Source: an uncultured virus (IMG/VR IMGVR_UViG_3300050508_000500)
Taxonomy: Duplodnaviria > Heunggongvirae > Uroviricota > Caudoviricetes
DNA length: 64,000 bases
IMG/VR virus record: IMGVR_UViG_3300050508_000500
Strand: one strand, 5' to 3'
The notes under the pieces are model-generated. The model had not been told where the DNA came from. It saw nothing but the letters and a program-made list of their open reading frames with translations, and did not search any database. Below, in pieces: positions 1 through 9,001 of the stretch. How positions within the stretch are numbered: position 1 is the stretch's first letter; each line of letters begins with the position of its first letter. A program made the translations under genes and the position numbers.

Positions 1-643
1 TCAGCAGTAAGGGTTGGACAGGAATGAGAGGCGCCTTCGCATGTTTCTTGGAGTTGCAGGATTGGCAGGCAGGAACCACATTCGCCAGTGTGTGCGCGCC
101 GCCCTTACTGATGGGGGTAAGGTGGTCTTGGGTCAGGCGTTTCATCTTGCGACGGCAATAGACACACCGATGACCGTAGGCACTTTTGATTTCTTCCCAC
201 TGTGCGGCGGTCAAGTCGTTGGTAGAGCTCGTAGTCATTGCGGTACGCCGGCGATCGGCTTTGGCCTGTATCCAGTCAGGATGCTCCGCGTACCAGTCGG
301 CATGCTTTTGGCGCAGGGCCATCCGGTGCGCTGCATAATACGCCGCACTTTGGGCATTCATCAAAGCTTTGTTTTGCCGGTAGTGAGCTTTGCCTCGCGC
401 CTGTTTTTCCGCTTTATGCGCCTGTTCATAGGCATGTCGTTTCTCAGGATTCTCGCGTTGCCAGCGTGCGACAGCTGCACGCACCTTCTCAGGATGCTGG
501 GTACGATATCTCAGACTTCCTTGGCGCTTACACAGGATACAGCGCGTAGCTTTGCCATCGCTGGTGTACTTGTCAATACCAAACTCATCGAGGGATTTCA
601 GCAGATCGCATCCACGACAGACTTTGTGCACAGGGGTTTCCAT
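1..643 (-). CDS. HNH endonuclease, 3' end outside the window (absent from the ORF track)
   Basis: Manual translation from ATG 643 (RBS GAGGAGG): METPVHKVCRGCD...CVYCRRKMKRLTQDHLTPISKGGAHTLANVVPACQSCNSKK; open to base 1. Confidence 0.9.
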   Translation of the reverse strand, partial: METPVHKVCRGCDLLKSLDEFGIDKYTSDGKATRCILCKRQGSLRYRTQHPEKVRAAVARWQRENPEKRHAYEQAHKAEKQARGKAHYRQNKALMNAQSAAYYAAHRMALRQKHADWYAEHPDWIQAKADRRRTAMTTSSTNDLTAAQWEEIKSAYGHRCVYCRRKMKRLTQDHLTPISKGGAHTLANVVPACQSCNSKKHAKAPLIPVQPLLL

Positions 644-659
644 AGGGGCCTCCTCACTG

Positions 660-756
660 AGGTAAAGGTGAGTACTTGGCTCCCATGCAAGTGAGTACAC
701 GAGACTTTTGACGAACGCTAGCAAGGCGTTCACCAAGTACCCTCTCAGTATAGCCG
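660..756 (-). promoter_or_regulatory. -10 box and structured 5' leader of the antisense HNH gene
   Basis: Minus strand TATACT, then stem GTACTTGG/CCAAGTAC enclosing hairpin GAACGC-cttgcta-GCGTTC. Confidence 0.55.
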
Positions 757-825
757 AGGAGGGGCTGAAAAAACAGGGAAAAGCATCATATATGTAGACT
801 ATCTTATTATAGGAAAGATTATACT

Positions 826-1227
826 ATGCCGACTCAGGCTATAGCGGCCACTGGCTTAGTTGTTACTATGGCGGGAACGCCTATCCCAGAAATAACTAAC
901 GTGTCGGAAATCGGGGCACAGTTCAATGTGGTCGATGTGAGCGCGCACGACGGCGGTGATTGGGCTAGCAAAATCCCCACCTTGCTCGACGGTGGCACCA
1001 TCCGCGTGTCCGCGAACTTTGTCCCCGCCAATGCGCAGCATGTGGCCCTGCGGACCGCGATGATTAACCGCGCCTCGACGGTCTTTACCGTGGTTTTTCC
1101 CAATACCGGCGCCACGACCTGGACTTTTAACGCGTTTGTGACGCGCTACCGCGTGCCGTCCGCACCGGTCAATGGCGCGCTGCCCCTGGAATTCGAGCTG
1201 ACGGTTGATGGGGCAGTGACTTTTTAA
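826..1227 (+). CDS. Major tail (tube) protein
   Basis: 133 aa; VVDVSAHD...KIPTLLDGGTI...TWTFNAFV...FELTVDG pattern of siphovirus tube proteins; upstream of chaperones and TMP. Confidence 0.8.
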   Translation: MPTQAIAATGLVVTMAGTPIPEITNVSEIGAQFNVVDVSAHDGGDWASKIPTLLDGGTIRVSANFVPANAQHVALRTAMINRASTVFTVVFPNTGATTWTFNAFVTRYRVPSAPVNGALPLEFELTVDGAVTF

Positions 1228-1245
1228 ACTATCCTCTCGCAGGAA

Positions 1246-1698
1246 GTGCCATGCATGGGCACGACCATTACGATTGACACCATTCACATTGACCAGGTGG
1301 TCATGACGACGCCGGCCGCGCCCAGTCTCCGCTGGCATGTCGGGCCGGTGCAGGCGACAACAGGAGGCAGCATGCCGCTGGATCTGCATATCAGTACGGA
1401 AGAGCGCATCCGGTTAGCGATTGAGCCGATGACGCCCGGCGACCAACCCGCCCCGATTGATGGCGAGGCGCAGTGGAGCGTCGAGGGGACATGCACCCTC
1501 GACACGATTGATGCGACCTCTGTCTGGGTCAATGCGGGCAGTACCGTCGGGGATAGCGTCGTGACCGTCAGTGCCGATGCCGATATGGGCGACGGGACCG
1601 TGACCATTATGGATACGGCCACCGTGCACGTGGCCTCGCCCATGGCGGCCAACCTGGGACTCTCGGCAGGGGAGCCCGAACTGAAGCCGTCAGCCTAG
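1246..1698 (+). CDS. Acidic beta-rich protein, possibly Ig-like tail accessory (start may be ATG 1372)
   Basis: Thr/Val/Asp-rich strands; GGAGG precedes ATG 1372; tail operon position. Confidence 0.45.
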   Translation: MPCMGTTITIDTIHIDQVVMTTPAAPSLRWHVGPVQATTGGSMPLDLHISTEERIRLAIEPMTPGDQPAPIDGEAQWSVEGTCTLDTIDATSVWVNAGSTVGDSVVTVSADADMGDGTVTIMDTATVHVASPMAANLGLSAGEPELKPSA

Positions 1699-1706
1699 GA
1701 GTTGCT

Positions 1707-2177
1707 ATGCCCTCTATTGTCGCCCTCGTGCCCATTGAGCTCGACAAGCCGCGTCAGCTGCTCTTTACACGGGCGGCGGTCAAGAACATTGAGTTGGCCC
1801 TCACGCGGATCTGGGGGCGGGACTACACGTTCTTTGAAGGGGTGCGGCGCCTCAGTGAAATGCTCTTGGATAATGACTTAAGTAAACTAAGCTATATTAA
1901 CATTTCCGTGATGCTGCACCAAGGCTGCCTCCATGAAGACCCGACGTTGACGCTCGCCCAGGTCGAAGAAGCCCTGCCCTACGCGGATCCCACGGGGCTT
2001 ATTCCCTATGTGGGTCTGATCCTTCAGGCCTGGAGCCATGCGAGCCCGCAGGCCGCCGTGGATGCCGTCACAGCGGAGGCCGTCGACACCGACCCTTTGG
2101 CCGGATCGACTGGGGCAAGCTCTGGGCCTTTGAACGGACCTGTCTTGGTGTCAGCGACGGCGAATTCTGGGGCATGA
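1707..2177 (+). CDS. Tail assembly chaperone (lambda gpG-like)
   Basis: Between tube and TMP; in-phase slippery C CCT TTG at 2093-2099. Confidence 0.75.
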   Translation: MPSIVALVPIELDKPRQLLFTRAAVKNIELALTRIWGRDYTFFEGVRRLSEMLLDNDLSKLSYINISVMLHQGCLHEDPTLTLAQVEEALPYADPTGLIPYVGLILQAWSHASPQAAVDAVTAEAVDTDPLAGSTGASSGPLNGPVLVSATANSGA

Positions 2178-2449
2178 CGTTTCTCGAAGGGCACCTGCTG
2201 GCTGAGGCGTACTGGCAGCAGCAGACCCGGCAGGTACGACCGATGGCGATGTTGCTGCAAGCGTATTGGAACGTGCACCGGGATACGGATCAGCGCCGCG
2301 ACCCGTTTACGCTGGACGAGATGTTAGCCGTGCTGGGGTATCCCGAGCCGCCCCCGCCTCCGCCACCGCCTCCACGCCTGGAGGAGATGGAGGCGCGGAT
2401 CGGGATACTGCATAGCTTGTATACGGCCAATGGGGAGAGGAAGGCTTAA
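2093..2449 (+). CDS. Chaperone -1 frameshift extension (gpT-like; ORF 2174-2449)
   Basis: The -1 frame is open from 2093 and reads PFGRIDWGKLW...LGVSDGEFWGMTFLE into the 2174 ORF. Confidence 0.75.
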   Translation, partial: PFGRIDWGKLWAFERTCLGVSDGEFWGMTFLEGHLLAEAYWQQQTRQVRPMAMLLQAYWNVHRDTDQRRDPFTLDEMLAVLGYPEPPPPPPPPPRLEEMEARIGILHSLYTANGERKA

Positions 2450-5400
2450 ATGGCGGAGATTGTGGTCGGCGATGTGGTGGCACGCCTCCGTATCGATGCC
2501 AGCGGTTTTGACCAGGCGCTGACGCAGGCCCAGCAGCGGCTCTCGCAACTCCAGCAGACGATGGGCCAACTCCGCCAGGGCCAGACGCAGGCGGCGCAGA
2601 CGACGCAGCAAACCGCCCAAGCCTTGCTCGCGCTGGCCCAAGCGCTCAGTCAACAGGTGCAAGTCGTTACGCAGGCCGCCAGTGCGCTTCAGCAGCTCAC
2701 CCAGGCGCTCATGTCCGCGAGCCAGGGCCAGGCCAGTATCGCGCAGAGTACGCAGCAATCGGCCCAGGCGGCGACGGCCCTCACGCAAGCCATCACGGCC
2801 CAGGCGCGTGCGTATCAACAATTGACGCAAGCCCAGGCTGCCGTCAGATCCGTGCAAGCGCAGGCACCCGCGATCGTTGGCGCGTCCCTTCCCGCCGCTC
2901 CTGCGGCAGGGAGTCGTTCGCAAGTCGATCCGCAGACGACCCAAACTTCGACCAGTCTCACGCAGGCCCTAGTGGCGCAGACACAAGCGTATACGGCGCT
3001 CTCGCAGGCGACGAGTCAGTACGCGCAATTGGCAACCCAGACGGCCAGTGCCATGCAGCAGGTGACGCAGAGCACCCGGCAGCAGACGCAGGCGCTGGCG
3101 CAGGCGGCGAGTCAACAACAGGCGACGGACGCCCGTCAAGCGGCGCAAGATGTCGCCGCCGTGCAGCAACGGGCCGCGCAAGCCCAACAAGCCGCCGTCC
3201 AGCAACAACAAGTCGCGGCCCGCACGGCGGCCACGGAAGCCCGCCAGGCGGCCCAAGACATCGCGGCCGCCGCCCAACGCGCGGCGCAAGCGCAACAGGC
3301 CGCGATGCAGCAACAACAAGTCGCGTCCCGTCTCGCGGCTCAGGAAGCCCGCCAGGCCGCGCAAGAAGTCGCGGCAGCGGCGCAGCGCACGGCCCAAATC
3401 CAACAAGCCGCGGTGCAACAACAGCAAGTGGCGTCCCGCCAAGCAGCCCAGGAGGCACGGCAGTCGGCGCAAGAAGTCGCGGCAGCGGCCCAACGTGCAG
3501 CGCAGGCCCAACAAGCCGCCGTGCAACAACAGCAAGTGGCCGCGCGCCAAGCGGCCCAGGAGGCACGGCAACTCGCCCAAGAACGCCGGGCGGCGGAGCA
3601 GCAAGCCGCTCAAGACGCGGCGCAGAATGCGGGACGGCTGGGCGCGGCCCTGAGTACGGCGCTCAGTGTGGCCGGGGGCATCGGGATTGCCACCAGTATT
3701 GGCGCCATCATCAGTCAGATGAAAGAGTTGGCGACGAGTATCGTCGCGGTCGGCGTGCAATTCCAACAGTTACGCCAGCAATTTACGGCCATCCAGGGCG
3801 TGAGCGCCGGCGCTGCGGCCTTCCAGCAGATGATCAACCTGGCGCAGCGGTTGGGGATCGAAGTCATCCCGCTCGCCGAAAACTTCCGGCGCTTTGACGC
3901 CGCGACCCGTGGCACGTCCATTCAGGGCGAGCAGGCCGCCCGCATCTTTGAAAACATGGTAGTGGGCATGCGGGCCATGGGAGCAAGCTCGCAGCAGACC
4001 GAGCGCGGGCTCCTCGCCCTCCAGCAGATGGTCTCCAAAGGCATCGTGTCGCAAGAGGAATTACGCCAACAGCTGGCGGAAGCGATTCCTGGGGCCACGC
4101 AGATTGCGGCGCGGGCCTTTGGGGTGACGACGCAAGAACTGAATAAGATGATCGAGAAGGGGACGGACAGTATTGAGTTCGTCCGGCGCTTCAGTGAGCG
4201 CTTTCGCATGGAGTTCGGCGGGGCCGTGGCGACCGCGACCGATACCGCCGCCGCCGCATTTCAGCGCCTGAGCAACGAGATCAAGCTGGCTGGGGAAACC
4301 ATCGCGGCCTCCGGGCTCCTGGACACGCTCCGGAGCCTGGCCGAGGCTGCCACGACGCTGCTGGCTACCTTGCGTAAAGTCCAGGAAGAACGTAGTCGGG
4401 AAGCGGGTCCCCCGGTGGGTGCTCTGCCGCGAGGCGGTGTGGGCTTCCCGCCCGCGATTCGGGAACGTCAGGCCGAGTTGGAGCGCTTGCAGGCGCAGAT
4501 TACGGGCGCCCAGGCCTCGCAATTGGTCGAGAGCATGCTCCCCGGCTTTGCGGGACCGCTTACGACGGAGGAGCGGCGGGCCATTCGGGATAAGCTGCAA
4601 GCCGTTGATGCCGAACAGCGCAAGGCAATGGCCGAGTTTCAACAGAAGCTGCAAGCGGAAGGCTTTGGGCCGGGGGGGCAAGTCGGCTTTAAGTTTGAGA
4701 TTGCGGCGGACGAACGGCCGCTGCAAGCGGCGGAAGAGCGCATAGCGAAAATCCTGGACCAAGGGCGCCAGCAAATCCGTGATATTGAGCTGAATGCGCC
4801 CTTTCTCTCCGCGCTCGACATTGCAGACCAGAAATTCAAAGCCTGGGAAAAGACCCTCAAGGCCGTGCAGGAAGAAATCGGCAAGCTGGGCGAAGGGTTG
4901 CGCCGGACGATTACGCCGAGTGGCGCGCCCAACTCCCTTGATGCCCTGATTGAGCGGATTGCCGGCGAAAAAGGCCTCGATCCGAACCTGATGCGCGCCT
5001 TAATCGAGCAGGAATCCGGCTTTAATCCGCAGGCTGTCTCCCGTGCGGGCGCCAAGGGCCTCATGCAACTCATGCCGGGGACGGCCGCCGCGTATGGCGC
5101 CGGGGGCCGGGAGTTTGAGCCCGAAGCCAATCTCCGGGCGGGCATGAGTTATTTTGCGGAACTCCTCCAGAAGTTCAATGGCAATGTCGAGCGGGCGCTC
5201 ACTGCTTACAATGCGGGACCGGCGCGCGGGGGCATCCCGCTTCCTACCGGCGAAAACGCGACCTTTGCGCAGGATGTTTTGCGGCGTGTCCCGCAGACCA
5301 TCCAGGGCATGCTCGATGCCGCTGGCCGCCAGCAACGCGCCCTGGCCGCGGGGCAAGAAGCGCAAACCCCTGACACCGAGCGGCTGGCGCAAACCAGGGC

Positions 5401-6544
5401 GACGGGCCGCGAATACCTCCAGGCCATTGAGGAGGAAGAGCGGCAGCGCGACGTCGACGCGCGGGAACGGCGCCAACAGGTCATGGCGACGGGCCGGGAA
5501 TATATTCGCGCCCTTGAGGAGGAAGTGCAGAAGCGCTTTCAGGCCGTGGAGAGCCTGAAGAGCTTGGAGCGGCAATATTCGCTCACGGCGGATGCCCGCA
5601 AGGAAGGCGAGGCGGCGCGCCTGGCAGCGCAGTTTCCCCAGGATGCGGAAATCCAGACACGGGCGGAAAATGTCCGGCTGCTCATTGAAGAAAAACAAGC
5701 GATGGAGAGCAGTTTTGCGGCGATCAAGGCCCGTACCGATGCGCAGCGCGAGGCGCAAGCGGCCTCCGACGCGATGACGCAGAGCATTGAGGCGCAACTG
5801 GAACGGCTCCGGGCACCGCGCGAGGAGCGAGCCGAACTCCGCCTCCGGGCACAAGCGCGGCGGCAAGGGGTGGAGTTGACCCCCGACGACGAAGCACGGC
5901 TGCGCGCGATTACCGCGCAAGAACGCTTTAACGACATTATGCAGATCACCGAGCGGATTGGCGATACTGCCGCGCAGACCATCACGCAGGGGCTCCTCAG
6001 CATTATTGACGGGACGGAACGTGTGAGCGATGCCTTCCGGCTCATGGCCAAGAGCATCCTCGACTCGGTGGCCCAGATTGCGCTGAACGAGGGCTTCCGC
6101 ATGCTCATACGGCTGGGCATTACGGCGATTGGCGCGGCGTTCGCGCCTGGAGCGGCTGGAGCGACTGGCACCGCTGCCGGGAACCAGGCTGCCCTCGGGA
6201 TTGCGCCGGGGACCACGTTTTTTCAGCAGGCCCAGGGCGGCGCGATTGTCAACCGCCCCACGGCCATCCTCGCCGGCGAAAATCCCGCGATGAATCCCGA
6301 GTACGTGCTCAATCGGCCGCAAATGCAAGCGCTTATGAGTGGCGCCATGCGCGCAGCACCCACGGCCGGGGGGCAAGCCATGGGGGGCGTCACCGTGATC
6401 AACGTGGCCAATCGGGAACAGGCCGCGCAAGAGGCGTCACGGGAACGCGCGTTAGGGAAAGCGGTGATTATCAACGAAGTTCTTAATGAAATCAGTCAAG
6501 GGTCAGGTTCGCGCATTGCGCGGACGTTACAGGCGCTGCGCTAA
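2450..6544 (+). CDS. Tail tape measure protein with lytic transglycosylase (SLT) domain
   Basis: 1364 aa, Ala/Gln-rich; TMP core ALQQMVSKGIVSQEELRQQLAEAIPG; SLT motifs EQESGFNPQAVS, GLMQLMP, AYNAGP. Confidence 0.95.
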   Translation: MAEIVVGDVVARLRIDASGFDQALTQAQQRLSQLQQTMGQLRQGQTQAAQTTQQTAQALLALAQALSQQVQVVTQAASALQQLTQALMSASQGQASIAQSTQQSAQAATALTQAITAQARAYQQLTQAQAAVRSVQAQAPAIVGASLPAAPAAGSRSQVDPQTTQTSTSLTQALVAQTQAYTALSQATSQYAQLATQTASAMQQVTQSTRQQTQALAQAASQQQATDARQAAQDVAAVQQRAAQAQQAAVQQQQVAARTAATEARQAAQDIAAAAQRAAQAQQAAMQQQQVASRLAAQEARQAAQEVAAAAQRTAQIQQAAVQQQQVASRQAAQEARQSAQEVAAAAQRAAQAQQAAVQQQQVAARQAAQEARQLAQERRAAEQQAAQDAAQNAGRLGAALSTALSVAGGIGIATSIGAIISQMKELATSIVAVGVQFQQLRQQFTAIQGVSAGAAAFQQMINLAQRLGIEVIPLAENFRRFDAATRGTSIQGEQAARIFENMVVGMRAMGASSQQTERGLLALQQMVSKGIVSQEELRQQLAEAIPGATQIAARAFGVTTQELNKMIEKGTDSIEFVRRFSERFRMEFGGAVATATDTAAAAFQRLSNEIKLAGETIAASGLLDTLRSLAEAATTLLATLRKVQEERSREAGPPVGALPRGGVGFPPAIRERQAELERLQAQITGAQASQLVESMLPGFAGPLTTEERRAIRDKLQAVDAEQRKAMAEFQQKLQAEGFGPGGQVGFKFEIAADERPLQAAEERIAKILDQGRQQIRDIELNAPFLSALDIADQKFKAWEKTLKAVQEEIGKLGEGLRRTITPSGAPNSLDALIERIAGEKGLDPNLMRALIEQESGFNPQAVSRAGAKGLMQLMPGTAAAYGAGGREFEPEANLRAGMSYFAELLQKFNGNVERALTAYNAGPARGGIPLPTGENATFAQDVLRRVPQTIQGMLDAAGRQQRALAAGQEAQTPDTERLAQTRATGREYLQAIEEEERQRDVDARERRQQVMATGREYIRALEEEVQKRFQAVESLKSLERQYSLTADARKEGEAARLAAQFPQDAEIQTRAENVRLLIEEKQAMESSFAAIKARTDAQREAQAASDAMTQSIEAQLERLRAPREERAELRLRAQARRQGVELTPDDEARLRAITAQERFNDIMQITERIGDTAAQTITQGLLSIIDGTERVSDAFRLMAKSILDSVAQIALNEGFRMLIRLGITAIGAAFAPGAAGATGTAAGNQAALGIAPGTTFFQQAQGGAIVNRPTAILAGENPAMNPEYVLNRPQMQALMSGAMRAAPTAGGQAMGGVTVINVANREQAAQEASRERALGKAVIINEVLNEISQGSGSRIARTLQALR
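3128..3582 (+). repeat. 108-bp (36-aa) tandem repeat, about 4.2 copies, in the TMP
   Basis: EARQAAQ(D/E)xAAAAQRAAQAQQAAxQQQQVA units start at 3128, 3236, 3344, 3452, 3560. Confidence 0.9.
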
Positions 6545-6558
6545 GGGCGAGGTTGAGG

Positions 6559-7146
6559 ATGGCCGTCTATCCGATCGATCCCATACCGTCGAGTATCTCG
6601 GTTGCCGCCATACATGACCCAATGCACCAGTTCGAGTCAGACCAAGGGTACGAACTGCGTCGGCCCAAGCATAGTCGGGCCTTGCGCCAGTATCAGTTGG
6701 AGTATTTGGGGCTCACGACGCCGCAGATGCGCGTGCTCCGCGACTTCTTGCTCCAGCAACGCCTGGGCGTACTGTCGTTTGAGTGGCTGCACCGCACGGG
6801 TGGGGATCGCGTCAACTACTCGAACACGACGCCCGTGGTCTGTACGCTCCAGCACAGCTACGTCACCAATCAGTGGCTCTGGCTCAACAGTGCGACGCAT
6901 GCCGGGCTCAACGGCTTCTGGACGCTGACGCGCTTCGATTCCACGAGTTTTGCGCTCAATGGCTCGGCCGCTCAGGGCGGGACGGGGAGTGCGATCGCGG
7001 TCCCGTATCTCCCCAATGCGACCGCCCGATTTGCTCAGGACGTGATGGAACCCGCCGTGAAGTTGATTGGCCCCGAGGCCGCCGATGTCTTCACGCAAGG
7101 GCGCGGGAGATTCAATCTAGTAGTACTAATCCAAGAACAATTTTAG
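6559..7146 (+). CDS. Distal tail / gpM-like minor tail protein
   Basis: Directly after TMP; FESDQGYELRR...YQLEY...FEW pattern. Confidence 0.55.
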   Translation: MAVYPIDPIPSSISVAAIHDPMHQFESDQGYELRRPKHSRALRQYQLEYLGLTTPQMRVLRDFLLQQRLGVLSFEWLHRTGGDRVNYSNTTPVVCTLQHSYVTNQWLWLNSATHAGLNGFWTLTRFDSTSFALNGSAAQGGTGSAIAVPYLPNATARFAQDVMEPAVKLIGPEAADVFTQGRGRFNLVVLIQEQF

Positions 7147-7148
7147 GC

Positions 7149-7964
7149 CTAGGGCAAATGCTTCCACGATTTTCTTCTCAGAATATCTTTAATCTGGGTC
7201 AGGCTCACCTGAAACTGTTGCGCCAAGGCTCTAGCACTTATGCCCTGCGTTCGCATGGTTCGTATGGAACGTACTTGTTCTTCCGTCAACTTGGCTCGCG
7301 AGTGGCTCGCTCCACGCTGTCGATGTGCATAAACAAAAGTAAGCACCTGTTCTTCGCTAAAGGGCCGTTCGATATGCTGCCAGGTTTTGCCGTGGACAAT
7401 GGCGCCAATAGACGTTCCATCAAGCTGAAATTGTTCCGCCAATTCGCGCAACTTCGCTCCTTGTTGATACAGCAGGTGAATGTCTGCAATGTCTTGTTCT
7501 CGCAGATGGCTTCGTTGCTCGCCAACGGCAAGGCGTTTTCGCTTCTTCGCATCAGTCGTATTCTGCTTATGTGTCCCAAGATAGATATGGTACAAATTAG
7601 TACACGGCGGGTTGTCGCAATGATGCAGGACATTCAGCCCAGCAGGAATCGGGCGGTTGTTAATCAACGCCCAGACCATACGCGATGCCAGACGGTTGTT
7701 CCAGTGTCCGTCCTCTTTGAGAGGAAAGATGCCATAACCGCCTTTATTCCGAAAGCCAGTCCATACGTGGCAGCAATAGGGGCACTCCCATCCATGCGCG
7801 CACACAGCGACACGGTTCCAAAAACGCGTGCTGGTCTGCGCACTTGCTATCTCTCCAGCACATTGGCGCGAGCAGTATTTGACCAGGCCACGTTGGACAC
7901 GATAGGCAGAAGCAGTAAAGGACTTGTGACAGGTAGGATTCAGGCACACACAGAGCACGGGCAT
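7149..7964 (-). CDS. HNH homing endonuclease, antisense within the tail operon
   Basis: RFWNRV...WTG...GYG...VLHHCDNPPCTNLYHIYLGTHKQN plus two C-terminal HTH repeats; ATG 7964 with GGAGG. Confidence 0.9.
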   Translation of the reverse strand: MPVLCVCLNPTCHKSFTASAYRVQRGLVKYCSRQCAGEIASAQTSTRFWNRVAVCAHGWECPYCCHVWTGFRNKGGYGIFPLKEDGHWNNRLASRMVWALINNRPIPAGLNVLHHCDNPPCTNLYHIYLGTHKQNTTDAKKRKRLAVGEQRSHLREQDIADIHLLYQQGAKLRELAEQFQLDGTSIGAIVHGKTWQHIERPFSEEQVLTFVYAHRQRGASHSRAKLTEEQVRSIRTMRTQGISARALAQQFQVSLTQIKDILRRKSWKHLP

Positions 7965-8075
7965 GGGCTCAACCTCCACGTTGAGAAGGGCTCCACAAGG
8001 AGAACGTACGGCGCCAGTGTGGAGACTGGTGGTCGAGCGGTAGCAACCCCGCTTATAGCCGTACCTCTGAGTATC
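7965..8075 (-). promoter_or_regulatory. -10-like box and structured leader of the second antisense HNH gene
   Basis: Minus strand GATACT, stem GTACGGC/GCCGTAC enclosing AGCGG-ggttgcta-CCGCT and ACCAGT-ctccac-ACTGGC. Confidence 0.55.
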
Positions 8076-8098
8076 CTCTATGCAGCGGAGAAAGTCTA

Positions 8099-8605
8099 GT
8101 GCCCCGTATTCTCTCAGCGGCGCTCGTGCGGGAAAAAAATCAGTTGCAATCGGATCATGTCATTACCTGGCTTTTCGAGCTATTTATACCAGGCGCTCCC
8201 GTCCCGTATCGTTTGGTCAATTACGATCAGGATATTCCGTTTCATGGCATCTGGTACAACCGTGCCAGCGTGGACGTGGACGCCCTCGAAGACGCCACGA
8301 GTCAATCCCTGGTGCGTCTGCGGGGGACGGTAGGCAATGTGGATCAGGCGTTTATCTCGTTACTCGAGCACTACTGGGGGCCGGATAGCCGCTGGGAGGT
8401 GACCATCTGGCCCATTGATACGCAGCAGCCCGACGCGACGCCCTTTGGCACAGGCGAAGTCTTCCAGGTCGTGCAGGTGGCGACGGACTTTCTCACGGCG
8501 GTGGTCGACCTCCAGGCCGAGGGTATAACTCTTTCAGGAACAATACCAAAAAGACGGTTCACGCAGTCCGGGGGCTTTCCGAACATACCTAGAAGGCTTA
8601 GCTAG
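8099..8605 (+). CDS. Tail tip protein (gpL-like)
   Basis: Position before NlpC; C-terminal IPKRRF...FPNIP pattern. Confidence 0.6.
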   Translation: MPRILSAALVREKNQLQSDHVITWLFELFIPGAPVPYRLVNYDQDIPFHGIWYNRASVDVDALEDATSQSLVRLRGTVGNVDQAFISLLEHYWGPDSRWEVTIWPIDTQQPDATPFGTGEVFQVVQVATDFLTAVVDLQAEGITLSGTIPKRRFTQSGGFPNIPRRLS

Positions 8606-8617
8606 AAAAGTTATATT

Positions 8618-9001
8618 ATGACCAGCATTGTCGTTCCTGACATCTTCCCACTCGTGGATGCGATTCTCGGGCGCAGTTATGACGACTATAACTGTTGGAA
8701 CCTCCTGCGGGATCTGTATGGCAAAGGCTGGGGCATTGATCTGGACGCCGACCCGGCAGCGGCGGTCGCCCAAGTCCAAGAGATCTGGTTTCAGGAGGAT
8801 CCCCGTGATCCGCTCACGCTGGTGCAAGTGTGGGACATTTTGATCTTCCGTCCCCGTGGCATGGCGAGTAGTCATGTGGGGATTGTTTGTGATGGTCGGC
8901 AGTTTGTGCACACGAGAAAGAACCTGGGCACATGTATGGAGTTGACGAAGCGTTGGGCGCCCCGCCTGATGCAGATTGCGCGGTTGCGGCGGCTCCTGTA
9001 G
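8618..9001 (+). CDS. NlpC/P60 tail assembly protein (gpK-like)
   Basis: NCWNL catalytic Cys, HVGI His, FVH motif. Confidence 0.85.
   Translation: MTSIVVPDIFPLVDAILGRSYDDYNCWNLLRDLYGKGWGIDLDADPAAAVAQVQEIWFQEDPRDPLTLVQVWDILIFRPRGMASSHVGIVCDGRQFVHTRKNLGTCMELTKRWAPRLMQIARLRRLL

Noticed and set aside
14..694. 226-aa plus-strand ORF
   Set aside because: Antisense shadow of the HNH gene at 643..1.
1225..1698. Stop-codon readthrough fusing the tail tube to the next ORF
   Set aside because: The frames coincide, but that is a 1-in-3 chance, TAA readthrough is rare, and the next ORF has its own RBS.
3128..3582. Possible CRISPR array
   Set aside because: In-frame coding repeats with no unique spacers; no cas genes seen.
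4930..5290. TMP SLT domain acting as the missing VirB1
   Set aside because: Embedded in a cytoplasmically assembled virion protein with no export signal; SLT domains in TMPs are ordinary.
6783..8099. 438-aa plus-strand ORF
   Set aside because: Shadow of the HNH at 7149-7964; no motifs.
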